Source: a virus
Lineage: Duplodnaviria; Caudoviricetes
Reading direction: 5' to 3' (one strand)
Virus record (IMG/VR): IMGVR_UViG_3300032321_002024
Coordinates: 160,001 to 224,000 of that record
DNA: 64,000 nucleotides
In this document: piece after piece, positions 46,587 to 56,020 of the stretch
Position numbering within the stretch: the stretch's first letter is position 1
Layout of the letters: each line of letters begins with the position of its first letter
Translations under genes and position numbers: made by a program
The notes under the pieces: model-generated
The model's database searches: none
Seen by the model: the letters and a program-made list of their open reading frames with translations, nothing else
What the model was told of the DNA's origin: nothing

Positions 46587-46788
46587 TATTATGAAAGTAA
46601 TTAAAGATAAATATGTAACTAATTGTGCTAGACACACAAAGGTTGAGTTCGATAATAAAAATTTCAGAAGATTTCATTTTGGATATAAAGGTAGAACCGC
46701 CGAAATACTGTGGCTTTCTAATGAAAGAGAATTTATCCCAGATAGTTTAGAAAAATTCTTAGAAAAAGAATTCAAAAAAGTCGGTTAA
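46579..46788 (+). CDS. hypothetical protein
   Basis: Short ORF before a terminator. Confidence 0.5.
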   Translation: MTNIMKVIKDKYVTNCARHTKVEFDNKNFRRFHFGYKGRTAEILWLSNEREFIPDSLEKFLEKEFKKVG

Positions 46789-46804
46789 TTCCGACTTTTT
46801 TTTT
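46774..46804 (+). terminator. intrinsic terminator
   Basis: AAAAAAGTCGG-TTAATT-CCGACTTTTTTTT. Confidence 0.8.
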
Positions 46805-46955
46805 ATATTTGTAATATGATGAGCATTTTTAAAAAATATTTTCAAAAAAGAAAGATTAAAGATAAGATTTACAAAGAGTATGAAAATGCTCTTGAGAATA
46901 AAGATTATATCAGAACTAGTATACTATCCAAAAGATTTCTTAAAATTAAATAATT

Positions 46956-47441
46956 ATGAAAATCGGTGAGATTAAATCATTAATTGATGAAAAACAAAAA
47001 TCATCAAATATGTTACATAAACAGTTGATTAATTTACAAACAGAATTAACTCAATTGAGAAGTCAATATAATCTTCTTGAAATGCAAGAATTTGTAAATT
47101 ATTTACAAATTGGTGAAGTTATTGAATTAGATAGTTATTATTCATTTAGTGGTTTTTGCAAAGATCCTAAATCTAATAATTCATTTCAATCTGGTGAAAA
47201 GATAAAAATTGTAAAAAAGAATAAAAAGTCAATCGTTATTGAGGTGGTAAAAAAACACACAAAAAAATGGGATGAAGTTCAAAAGAAGTCAATTATCACA
47301 GGTGAAACTAATCCAGGTTGGAATATCAGAGTTGATTTAGACTCTTTTCATCACTTCTATTTAAAAAGTGCAACAATGAGATCGGCATTTGATTCTTATG
47401 TTAAAAGAAAAAACGCTTTAGATAGTTTATTTGATGAATAA
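46956..47441 (+). CDS. hypothetical protein with C-terminal RKNALDSLF motif
   Basis: 161 aa ORF. Confidence 0.65.
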   Translation: MKIGEIKSLIDEKQKSSNMLHKQLINLQTELTQLRSQYNLLEMQEFVNYLQIGEVIELDSYYSFSGFCKDPKSNNSFQSGEKIKIVKKNKKSIVIEVVKKHTKKWDEVQKKSIITGETNPGWNIRVDLDSFHHFYLKSATMRSAFDSYVKRKNALDSLFDE

Positions 47442-47874
47442 AGAAGTTGAAATATTAAAGATAGGAAGTATCATGCCAATTGTTCCTATTTTAGGTGCAA
47501 GAGTATATGATACTTCTCAGTTTAGAAAAACAACCATTATGGTTGTTTTTGATGGTGGTAAACTATTTGATTACTATGTTAATGGGTTAATAGTAAATTG
47601 TGGTGACGAATATAGTTATCAAAGAACCGCTCAGTCTATTGTCGGTAGCCCTTTTAGTTTCAGACCTGGAGTAAAATCAGAAAATATTTTAAAAGGTATC
47701 TCAGATGGTGAACCAATAATTGGTCAATCTTATACAATAAATAACTCCAGTTGGCACACTTCTAAAGTTGAAAGAATAATAGATGGTTGTATTCTTATTA
47801 CAAAAAACTCTGTTTATGCTATTCATAATCTATCCGATGTAAGAGAAAAAAAATTAGGAGATTTAGGTCTATAA
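47434..47874 (+). CDS. hypothetical protein with C-terminal REKKLGDLGL motif
   Basis: ORF. Confidence 0.65.
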   Translation: MNKEVEILKIGSIMPIVPILGARVYDTSQFRKTTIMVVFDGGKLFDYYVNGLIVNCGDEYSYQRTAQSIVGSPFSFRPGVKSENILKGISDGEPIIGQSYTINNSSWHTSKVERIIDGCILITKNSVYAIHNLSDVREKKLGDLGL

Positions 47875-47929
47875 CTCTTTATTTTACTATATTTTAAAAT
47901 TTGATTCATATTTTTTAATATATAGTTTA

Positions 47930-49354
47930 ATGAAGTTTCTACAAACATACGAAGGATTGAATAAGGCTTATAGAAATAAGTCACTACCACATGCTGGTGA
48001 ACCAATTCACTCAGGTGATAAGATATCTATTTTACAACAAGACTGGTTCGAGAAACTTTTACCTGAAACTTTTACTATACACTCTAATCCAAATATTAAA
48101 AAATTAAATAAAGACTTGACCATCACTGATATTGATGGAAATAAAGAATATGTTTTTGATAAAAATGAATGCACAATTGATAATGGATTAGTTCAGTTTA
48201 GTTATTACTACAATAGTGCTGATCAACAAGATGAAAAAAACAAACATAAAAGACCAATACCATTAGATCCTAATTATGTTTTAGAAAATGGTGAGCCATC
48301 TATGCTTGAATTTGACATACACTTTTCAAAAATAGGACAAGGTGATATTTTTGCAGAAGATGATGAAATAAAAATGCTTGTTGATATTACTTATGGTAAT
48401 AATATGGCAGTTGAGTTTTCATTGGAAGCTCCTAATAAAATTAATATTGTTCATTATACATCAGTTGGGTCTAAATATGATTCAGAAACACACTGGGGTT
48501 TCACTCATGAGTCAATCGATGACTTAGTAAAGTTTTTTAATGCGTTTAATCACGGTATAGAACTTACCTCTGATGATTTAAATTTTTTAGATGAAAACTA
48601 TGATAGTTATAAACATCAAGATGAAAATCCGAAACACCTTTATAATGATGATTCAGATTTAATTAAATTTGGAAATTCCTATGAAGAATCCTTCACTGAA
48701 AAAGAAGATATCTTTTTGATTATTAATAATGCTAAATCACCTTTATTTAAATATTTTCCAAAAGTTGCTAGATACTTAAGAGTAAAAGATATTCCTTATA
48801 AAGCAGCTTGTTCACCTGAAGAAGTTCAAAGATATAATCAAGAATATAATATTATTGGATGTTTTTCTACAGGTTCTGACTATAGTATGAAATCACCGGA
48901 CTCAAAAGCAGAATTTGCGGCATCTGAGGAAGCACTAAGAATTTTAAAATGTCCTATACTAGCAATGTGTTATGGATTTCAATCAATGGTTAAGTTCTAT
49001 GGACAGAACGTTGATGGTGGTGAATTAAATTGTGGTTTATTTAACCTAACTGATTTTGATTCAGAACATTTTTTATTTAAGAATATTGACCTTACTGAAC
49101 AAAAAGTTAATTTCTGTTTCCATGACTATCCGGTTAATGTTCCGGTTGACTTTGAAAATATTGCTATGTTAGGTGAGACAATAGCTGGGATATCTAATAA
49201 GAATTTAAAAAGGTATGGAATACTTTTTCATCCAGAAGAATTAGAAGAAACTTGCATAATTTTAGATAATTTTGTTAATGAATGTAAAATTTCTACACCT
49301 ACTAAATTACTAAAACTTCAAACTTTTGAAAATTTTATTAAAAAATCTTTGTAA
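47930..49354 (+). CDS. fusion of an unknown phage domain and a class I glutamine amidotransferase-like domain
   Basis: PILAMCYGFQ (nucleophile Cys) and FHPE; N-domain paralogous to 34843-35397. Confidence 0.75.
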   Translation: MKFLQTYEGLNKAYRNKSLPHAGEPIHSGDKISILQQDWFEKLLPETFTIHSNPNIKKLNKDLTITDIDGNKEYVFDKNECTIDNGLVQFSYYYNSADQQDEKNKHKRPIPLDPNYVLENGEPSMLEFDIHFSKIGQGDIFAEDDEIKMLVDITYGNNMAVEFSLEAPNKINIVHYTSVGSKYDSETHWGFTHESIDDLVKFFNAFNHGIELTSDDLNFLDENYDSYKHQDENPKHLYNDDSDLIKFGNSYEESFTEKEDIFLIINNAKSPLFKYFPKVARYLRVKDIPYKAACSPEEVQRYNQEYNIIGCFSTGSDYSMKSPDSKAEFAASEEALRILKCPILAMCYGFQSMVKFYGQNVDGGELNCGLFNLTDFDSEHFLFKNIDLTEQKVNFCFHDYPVNVPVDFENIAMLGETIAGISNKNLKRYGILFHPEELEETCIILDNFVNECKISTPTKLLKLQTFENFIKKSL

Positions 49355-49378
49355 AATAGAAACTTTTTTCTAAATTTG
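49348..49378 (+). promoter_or_regulatory. Bacteroidota-type promoter of tRNA operon 5
   Basis: TTTG-N19-TAAATTTG; GAATATATA at 49411-49419. Confidence 0.7.
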
Positions 49379-49426
49379 TATAGAAAATTGATAAACAAAC
49401 AAAAATAATTGAATATATACTTAACA

Positions 49427-49519
49427 ATGAAAAACTTAAATGTAAATATCGTAGTAAATCAACAACCGCAGGATCAAGATCGTGTCGGAGTGGCTAACTA
49501 TGTCTTTACAATAAGTTAA
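49427..49519 (+). CDS. attenuator leader peptide 5 (30 aa)
   Basis: MKNLNVNIVVNQQPQDQDRVGVANYVFTIS; QQPQDQD matches downstream Asp, Asp, Pro and Gln tRNAs. Confidence 0.85.
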   Translation: MKNLNVNIVVNQQPQDQDRVGVANYVFTIS

Positions 49520-49540
49520 AAATTTATATAACAAATTTGT

Positions 49541-49573
49541 AAAACCCGGTTAGTAATCTAATCGGGTTTTTTT
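49541..49573 (+). terminator. attenuator terminator 5
   Basis: AAAACCCGGTTAG-TAAT-CTAATCGGGTTTTTTT. Confidence 0.85.
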
Positions 49574-49580
49574 GTTTTTA

Positions 49581-49652
49581 GGTCTATTAGGGTAGTGGTT
49601 ATCCTTCCTCACTGTCTATGAGGAGACGCGAGTTCGATTCTCGCATAGACCG
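49581..49652 (+). tRNA. tRNA-Asp(GTC)
   Basis: CCTCA-CTGTCTA-TGAGG. Confidence 0.9.
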
Positions 49653-49716
49653 CAAGTTGGGTTGTGAGTGACTTCCCGTTTTGGCTTAAGCCTTAGGTAT
49701 GGAACTCTCAAATTTT

Positions 49717-49789
49717 GGTCTATTGGTGAAATGGCTTATCATCCCACCCTGTCACGGTGGAGTAGACGGATCGTAACCGTCATAGACCG
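49717..49789 (+). tRNA. tRNA-Asp(GTC)
   Basis: CCACC-CTGTCAC-GGTGG; T-loop ATCGTAA. Confidence 0.88.
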
Positions 49790-49853
49790 CACAAAGTAAC
49801 TGTTTGGTGGTGAAAGTACTCTTTAGGGAATAGAGTAAAATAATTCTCAAAAA

Positions 49854-49927
49854 CTAGGTGTAGCTCAGTTTGGTAGAGCGGGGAGTTTGGGACTCTCAGG
49901 CCGCAGGTTCGAACCCTGTCACTTAGA
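49854..49927 (+). tRNA. tRNA-Pro(TGG)
   Basis: GGGAG-TTTGGGA-CTCTC. Confidence 0.9.
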
Positions 49928-49935
49928 CTTAAAAT

Positions 49936-50010
49936 TGTCCTGTAGTGAAATTGGCATCACGTATCATTTTGGCTGATAAGTTTGAGGTTCGAACCCTCAC
50001 AGGACAACCA
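49936..50010 (+). tRNA. tRNA-Gln(TTG), CCA encoded
   Basis: TATCA-TTTTGGC-TGATA; ends ACCA. Confidence 0.88.
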
Positions 50011-50068
50011 GATATAAGACCTTCCGAGGAAAGACCTTTATTTTAATATATAAAATAAAAAATAAATT

Positions 50069-50884
50069 ATGGAATGGTCGGAAATTGAAATCAATTTTTT
50101 AATTAATAATTATGAGAAAGGTGTGGATTTTTGCTCAAATGAGTTGAAAAGAACTAAATTGGGAGTTACAAAAAAATTAAAAAAATTAGGATTTAAATTT
50201 GTTAAAATTAAAGAAAAATATAGAAAAAATAATATAGAGATAATTATCAAAGAATCAAAAAGTATTGGAGAAGTTTTAGATAAATTAAATCTGAGAAGAG
50301 CGGGCGGTAACTATGCTGTTATAAAAAAATACATAATATTGTATAATTTAGATATAACACACTTTACAAACGAAAACAACTCTATATTCAATGTAGTTGA
50401 AAATTTTGTTAAAAAGTCTTTAGAAACCTATCTAGTTGAGAATTCAACGGCATCGAGAGGAAATGTTAAGAGAAGATTGTTAGAAGAGAAAGTTTTAAAA
50501 AATGTTTGTTCTCTATGTGGACAAGATGAAAACTGGAATGGAATGAATATCTCATTAATATTGGACCACATAAACGGAGTTTATAACGATAATAGATTAG
50601 AAAATCTAAGAATTGTTTGTCCTAATTGTAATGCCGGATTAGATACACATGCTGGTAAAAACTCTAATAAAAAAGAAAGATCGAAAAAAATAATTGATAA
50701 GGAAATTGAAAAAAGATTGTATAATGAAGGAAGACGAAAGGTAGAGAGGCCTGATTACGAGGATCTAAAAGAAGATGTTTTAAAAAACGGATATTCAGCT
50801 ACTGGTAGAAAATATGGAGTTAGCGATAATTCTATCAGAAAGTGGATAAGATACTATGAAAAAATATTAACAATTGAAAAATAA
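50069..50884 (+). CDS. HNH homing endonuclease
   Basis: CSLCG..LDHINGVYNDNRLENLRIVCPNC; C-terminal HTH (GRKYGVSDNSIRKW). Confidence 0.9.
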   Translation: MEWSEIEINFLINNYEKGVDFCSNELKRTKLGVTKKLKKLGFKFVKIKEKYRKNNIEIIIKESKSIGEVLDKLNLRRAGGNYAVIKKYIILYNLDITHFTNENNSIFNVVENFVKKSLETYLVENSTASRGNVKRRLLEEKVLKNVCSLCGQDENWNGMNISLILDHINGVYNDNRLENLRIVCPNCNAGLDTHAGKNSNKKERSKKIIDKEIEKRLYNEGRRKVERPDYEDLKEDVLKNGYSATGRKYGVSDNSIRKWIRYYEKILTIEK

Positions 50885-50894
50885 AAAAATGAGT

Positions 50895-51287
50895 TTAACT
50901 TTCAGAAATTTCAATCCATCTACCATCAGATAAGAATTGAAATTTACCGATATAGATATATTTATTATTCCATTCTTCTGGTGAAATTATAGAGAGAAAC
51001 TCACCTTCTTCTTTTTCATATAAAAAATATACATGACCGGATATTGGTTCAAAATTGTGTTTTGCTAGATAAAGACGCTCATTTACAGAAATTTCCTTAA
51101 TCAACTTTTGATACTCTTTTTGTATCTCTTCAAATTTAGAAGAAAAATGGTGTTTTAGTTTAGATGTTTTTTCAAGCTTAAATAATTGAATATCATCCGG
51201 TGAAAAGTTCTGAGAACCTAATTCAGTAGGATATTCTTTTAATCTCCTTTCCGGAACATAAGAATCGGGTAGTTTTTTTTCCATCAT
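50895..51287 (-). CDS. DUF2452-like protein
   Basis: FEPISGHVYFLY..FLSIISPEEW..G.F.FLSDGRW. Confidence 0.6.
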   Translation of the reverse strand: MMEKKLPDSYVPERRLKEYPTELGSQNFSPDDIQLFKLEKTSKLKHHFSSKFEEIQKEYQKLIKEISVNERLYLAKHNFEPISGHVYFLYEKEEGEFLSIISPEEWNNKYIYIGKFQFLSDGRWIEISES

Positions 51288-51348
51288 TTATTATACTGAA
51301 AATGTTCAATAAAGATTAAACTAAAAAAAATAAAAAAATATATAATAT

Positions 51349-51813
51349 ATGGTTAACCACGTCTACAAAATAAAGTTTGGTAAATCTTCATTTGATTTAA
51401 ATGAAGATTATGATAGATTGTCAGAACATGAAAAACAAAAAATTTCAGATTTAGACGCTGAATCTTTTTTTGACTATCAGGATTATAAAGATAGATATAT
51501 TTGTTATGTGATTTGTAAACCAACAGAGATATCAAAATATTCAAGTATACTTATTCAAAATTTAATCAGTCATGATGTGTGTGATTTATCTAATGACATA
51601 CTTAAATTTAAAATTGATTTAGAAACAGAACTTAAACCATTACTTAGTACAATAAATTCTATCAAATATAGTTTTTTCATAGATGATATCAATGATTGGA
51701 TAATTCAACATTTAAATATTGATGATGTTTTAGATAGAATTTCTGAATTAGGAACGGTAGAACATTTATCAGAAATTGAAAAAGAATTCTTAAAAAACTT
51801 TCAACTTCCCTAA
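51349..51813 (+). CDS. hypothetical protein
   Basis: C-terminal IDDVLDRISELG..LSEIEKEFL (DUF6576-like). Confidence 0.6.
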   Translation: MVNHVYKIKFGKSSFDLNEDYDRLSEHEKQKISDLDAESFFDYQDYKDRYICYVICKPTEISKYSSILIQNLISHDVCDLSNDILKFKIDLETELKPLLSTINSIKYSFFIDDINDWIIQHLNIDDVLDRISELGTVEHLSEIEKEFLKNFQLP

Positions 51814-51843
51814 TTTATTCTTATATTAGCAAAAAAAAGTATT

Positions 51844-52026
51844 ATGATTAATAAATTTAAAAAATTCAAAAGAAATATTATACAGACTTTCGCACAAGCT
51901 TGCGCCAATGTCTTATTAAAAAAATTAGAAACTGAAATCGACTCTGATTCATTTTTTATCACCTTTGACCAAGCAGTTAAGTTAAACGCTTACTGTATTG
52001 TGTTTCATGAAATTTACTTAGACTAA
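51844..52026 (+). CDS. hypothetical protein
   Basis: 60 aa, translationally coupled to the next gene. Confidence 0.5.
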   Translation: MINKFKKFKRNIIQTFAQACANVLLKKLETEIDSDSFFITFDQAVKLNAYCIVFHEIYLD

Positions 52027-52448
52027 TGAAAAAGATAGGATTTACTTGTTCCTGTTTTGATCTTTTTCATGCAGGACATATTATGATGCTTAAAGAGTCA
52101 AAATCTATTTGTGATTACTTAATAGTTGGACTTCAAACGGATCCTACAATTGATAGACCTGAAAAAAATAAACCAATACAAAGTATCTTTGAAAGATATG
52201 TTCAATTAGAAGCTTGTAAGTATGTAGATGAAATTGTTGTTTATGCAACAGAAAAAGAATTATTAGATATTTTACATTCTTATCCAATAAATATAAGAAT
52301 AGTTGGTGATGAGTATAAAGACAAAGAGTTTACCGGAAAAGAATTATCACATATTGAAATGTATTATAATTCTAGAAAGCACTCGTTTTCGACTACTGAG
52401 TTAAGAATGAGAGTTATTGAAAAATATAAATTAGAAAAAAAGAAATGA
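52026..52448 (+). CDS. cytidylyltransferase (TagD/glycerol-3-phosphate CT-like)
   Basis: FDLFHAGH (HxGH), LIVG, SIFER, YVDEI, FSTT. Confidence 0.88.
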   Translation: MKKIGFTCSCFDLFHAGHIMMLKESKSICDYLIVGLQTDPTIDRPEKNKPIQSIFERYVQLEACKYVDEIVVYATEKELLDILHSYPINIRIVGDEYKDKEFTGKELSHIEMYYNSRKHSFSTTELRMRVIEKYKLEKKK

Positions 52449-52864
52449 AAAAGTTATTTCTAGACGATATAAGAATTCCAAAAGATGCTATAGGATTAGT
52501 TCCTTCTAATCTTAATCAATTCTATTTTGAAAATGATTGGGTTGTAGTAAGAAATTTTTGGGAGTTCTGTAACTACATACAAAAGTTTGGTCTACCAAAC
52601 TTTATCTCTTTTGACCATGATCTGGCAGATGAGCATTATAACGATCTTTTTTCTGATAAAAATTGGTCAATTCCGGATTCTGATATTGTTTTGAAATATG
52701 ATGAATACTCAGAAAAAACAGGATATGAATGTGCTAAGTGGTTAGTTGATTGGTGTTTAGAAAACTCAAAAAAAATACCTGAATTTGTGGTTCACTCAGC
52801 TAATCCGGTTGGTAAAAAAAATATTGAATCTTATTTAAATAACGCTACTAAACACTTATTATAA
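52445..52864 (+). CDS. cyclic-phosphate-processing receiver-domain-like protein
   Basis: LFLDDIR, ISFDHDL, TGYECAKWL, VHSANPVG. Confidence 0.7.
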   Translation: MKKLFLDDIRIPKDAIGLVPSNLNQFYFENDWVVVRNFWEFCNYIQKFGLPNFISFDHDLADEHYNDLFSDKNWSIPDSDIVLKYDEYSEKTGYECAKWLVDWCLENSKKIPEFVVHSANPVGKKNIESYLNNATKHLL

Positions 52865-53166
52865 TGGACTTTATCAAAACTCATTTGATTTCAAAAATCA
52901 AAAACAGTGTAAAGGAAAAACAAAAAATATTAAAGTTTGATGGTTTCTTTTTCTTAGATAATCCTATTGAAGATGGAAAAAAAACTATAAATAGATTGAA
53001 CCAGTGGTCAATTTATCCAAAAGAAGAATTAATACCTTTAAATTGGTATCAATTACAAGGAACTTCTCTTTTGGATATTTATTCACAGCTGAAAGAAAAT
53101 AATGTTTATATCTATAAAATGTTAGACGGTAAATCTCATAAAATGAGAATTAAGAAAAAGAAATGA
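52864..53166 (+). CDS. hypothetical protein
   Basis: 100 aa ORF. Confidence 0.6.
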   Translation: MDFIKTHLISKIKNSVKEKQKILKFDGFFFLDNPIEDGKKTINRLNQWSIYPKEELIPLNWYQLQGTSLLDIYSQLKENNVYIYKMLDGKSHKMRIKKKK

Positions 53167-53876
53167 TAGAAACACTTAGAAATGATTTTAAATATATGGT
53201 GTCATATGATTATGATACCATATATTCATGCGAAGAATCTGGGTGTAATGAAGAAGGAATTTGTAGATGTGGTTGCATCACAAATACTTATTTAAATAAA
53301 GTCGATGTTTCTGCAATAGTTACTAATATTTATTCAGAAATTTTTGACAATTCGATATCTACAAAAAGACATAATGCTATCAATTCACTTTGGGGTATTT
53401 CTGAAGAGATTCAAAAATATACTATTGATAGAATATTAAGAGTAAATAAAATCTGGAAACCACAATTTTGGGATATAAATGTTTCTGGTGGTTATTATGG
53501 TCAGGAAATTGATGAAGTTGTCTTAATAGAAGATGTGGTTCTAAAGATAAACTCTCAATTAGAAAGGGCTTTCCAAATAGACAATCTTTCTGAAAGAGTT
53601 GAGTATTTATTGACTATAGAAAATGGATTTATATTAGACAATATAAAAGACAAAAAATATCACATATCTGTAATTGACATAGATGATATTATTTTTTCAA
53701 ACACAGAACATAAAAGAAAGGTTGTAATTGAAGAATTGGAACACTACTCTGATAGAAATTACTCTGGTATTAGAGGAATTGTAAAAAAAGACGGTCTTAA
53801 GTTTAAATTAATTGATGGTTATCACAGACTTTCTAAAACAGAGAATAAATTAGTTAAAGTCTTAGTTGTTGAATAA
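53163..53876 (+). CDS. hypothetical protein with C-terminal ParB/Srx-like motif
   Basis: LIDGYHRL; N-terminal Cys cluster CEESGC..CRCGC. Confidence 0.55.
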   Translation: MIETLRNDFKYMVSYDYDTIYSCEESGCNEEGICRCGCITNTYLNKVDVSAIVTNIYSEIFDNSISTKRHNAINSLWGISEEIQKYTIDRILRVNKIWKPQFWDINVSGGYYGQEIDEVVLIEDVVLKINSQLERAFQIDNLSERVEYLLTIENGFILDNIKDKKYHISVIDIDDIIFSNTEHKRKVVIEELEHYSDRNYSGIRGIVKKDGLKFKLIDGYHRLSKTENKLVKVLVVE

Positions 53877-53925
53877 ACTTTTTTACCTGTAAATTATATC
53901 ACCTTAAACTAAAATTATTTTTATT

Positions 53926-54693
53926 ATGGCAAATTTTATTTATTCAAGAGTTACTATCGAACCTGAAGAGGCTATGGACAAAATCTGTGATATGATTGAG
54001 TCAATGCCAGCGGCTGAATATGGTAAAGAAACTACACAAGTTGTTAAAACATTTTACACAGAAGAAGAGCTTAACAGACCTTATAATAACGGTGAAACTC
54101 AATATCCAATTACTGATTCTGGTGTGATGCATGGTTGGCTTTATGATAATGTTGGAACTAAATGGATTACCGTTGGAATTGATGATGATATTCGTATTGA
54201 GTCACCTTCTTATATTTCAGATGGTTTTTTAATCAAACTTTACTCATTATGTGTTGATGAATTTGAAGATGTTAAATTGACTTGTAAATGGTATGACGAA
54301 ACAGAAACTCAATGTGGAACCGCTGTTATTTGGAATGGAGTTTATACTGAAGATGAAGAAAATTTAGAAGATGAGGACATTAGTGATCCAGCATATGAAG
54401 CAACCGGTGAAGAAGATATTGATGAAGTAAAAGATTGGATTTTAGGTGAACTTACTGAGGATTCTTATATGAAATCAGAAGAAGTTGAAGCAATGGATGA
54501 AGAAGGATTAAGAGAATTATTTGAGGATTGGAAAAGACAAGGTAAATGGGATTATATCTCAGAGCGTCAGGAATCTATGTATTACTCTTGCGAAGAAGCA
54601 ATTGAAACAGAAGATTTTCAATTTCCAATATCTAAAGTTAAAAAGATTGCAAATAAGAAATTTTCAATGATTGAAAATTGTTATCCTTTCTAA
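53926..54693 (+). CDS. acidic hypothetical protein
   Basis: 255 aa; W.YDNVGTKW motif. Confidence 0.6.
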   Translation: MANFIYSRVTIEPEEAMDKICDMIESMPAAEYGKETTQVVKTFYTEEELNRPYNNGETQYPITDSGVMHGWLYDNVGTKWITVGIDDDIRIESPSYISDGFLIKLYSLCVDEFEDVKLTCKWYDETETQCGTAVIWNGVYTEDEENLEDEDISDPAYEATGEEDIDEVKDWILGELTEDSYMKSEEVEAMDEEGLRELFEDWKRQGKWDYISERQESMYYSCEEAIETEDFQFPISKVKKIANKKFSMIENCYPF

Positions 54694-54696
54694 TTT

Positions 54697-55419
54697 ATGG
54701 AATTAAATAAAATCTACCACGGTGACTGTATAGAAGGTCTTAAATCAATGTCTGATGCAACTGTTGATTTAGTTGTCACATCACCTCCTTATAATCTTAA
54801 CATTGACTATGCTCATCATAAAGATGATATGAAATTAGAAGCTTACTACAATTGGTGTAAAGAGTGGATATCAGAATGTTATAGAGTGTTAAAACCAGGC
54901 GGTAGATTTTGTTTACAAATTGGATGTTTTCAATCTCAGTTAAATGAACCGAGTTATGCAACATTTACAAATATATTTCAGGAAACAGGATTTACTTTTA
55001 GAGAGTTTATTATTTGGAATAAAAATCAAATTCCTAAAAGAACCGCGTGGGGTAGTTGGAAAAGTCCATCAAATCCACGCATCTTACCACCTTTTGAAAT
55101 GATTATCAATTTTCATAAAGAGTCTCCTAAGATTTTAGAAAAAGGTGAAACTGATTTAACTAAAGAAGAATTCGTTGCTTGGACAAATGGTCTTTGGGTT
55201 ATGGCTCCTGAAAGTGCCAAAAAAAGAAATCATCCGGCTCCTTTTCCAGAAGATTTAGCCATTCGTTGTATTAAAATGCACTCTTATATTGGTGGGGTTG
55301 TTTTAGACCCATTTAATGGTAGTGGAACAACTACATCAGTTGCAAATAGATTAGGTAGAAAATATATTGGATTTGATATTACAGAAAATTATTGTCAATT
55401 AGCAGAGGATAGATTATAA
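54697..55419 (+). CDS. orphan beta-class N4C/N6A DNA methyltransferase
   Basis: TSPPY, HPAPFP, VLDPFNGSGTT. Confidence 0.92.
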   Translation: MELNKIYHGDCIEGLKSMSDATVDLVVTSPPYNLNIDYAHHKDDMKLEAYYNWCKEWISECYRVLKPGGRFCLQIGCFQSQLNEPSYATFTNIFQETGFTFREFIIWNKNQIPKRTAWGSWKSPSNPRILPPFEMIINFHKESPKILEKGETDLTKEEFVAWTNGLWVMAPESAKKRNHPAPFPEDLAIRCIKMHSYIGGVVLDPFNGSGTTTSVANRLGRKYIGFDITENYCQLAEDRL

Positions 55420-55439
55420 TTTTTTATTATATTTGTGAT

Positions 55440-56018
55440 ATGATATTATACATAGTTGATACGATAGATAATGGTATAAAGATTTTTGAGTGTGAGAAAA
55501 AACTTAATACTTATTTGACTAACGAGAAAATCGTTGGCAAGAATATTAATCATTATAATGTGACCACTTATGAAGCTGAAGTAAAATCAACATCTAACGG
55601 ATTAAATATTATTGAAAACTATTCTTCATCTATTACAAGAGATAACAAATTAGACGCTGCTTTAGGAGATGAATATGCTTCTAATGTAGAGAGGTTGAAG
55701 CAAATGATTATTGAATTGGCTAAACCTGGTAAACAAAAAGATGCATTTATCTCAAAGTTAAATATCACTACTTTTTCTAAATCTGAAATATCTGCGTTAC
55801 TTAGAGGTCACATTGATTTTATTCTTTATGAATTTCCTTTAAGTCTTGCTGATTGTTTAGAATACTACAAACTTTTACTTAAACTTCATAATTTTAGAAA
55901 TATTAAAGATAGGTTTGTGAGAGAAACTTATAATAGTAGTGGTTATCTACACTCAAGAAGTAATTGTGTTACCCCTGAAAGATGTTTGACTAATTTTAAA
56001 TTAGCAAAAGGAGTTTAA
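55440..56018 (+). CDS. hypothetical protein
   Basis: 192 aa; internal RDNKLDAAL motif. Confidence 0.6.
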   Translation: MILYIVDTIDNGIKIFECEKKLNTYLTNEKIVGKNINHYNVTTYEAEVKSTSNGLNIIENYSSSITRDNKLDAALGDEYASNVERLKQMIIELAKPGKQKDAFISKLNITTFSKSEISALLRGHIDFILYEFPLSLADCLEYYKLLLKLHNFRNIKDRFVRETYNSSGYLHSRSNCVTPERCLTNFKLAKGV

Positions 56019-56020
56019 AA

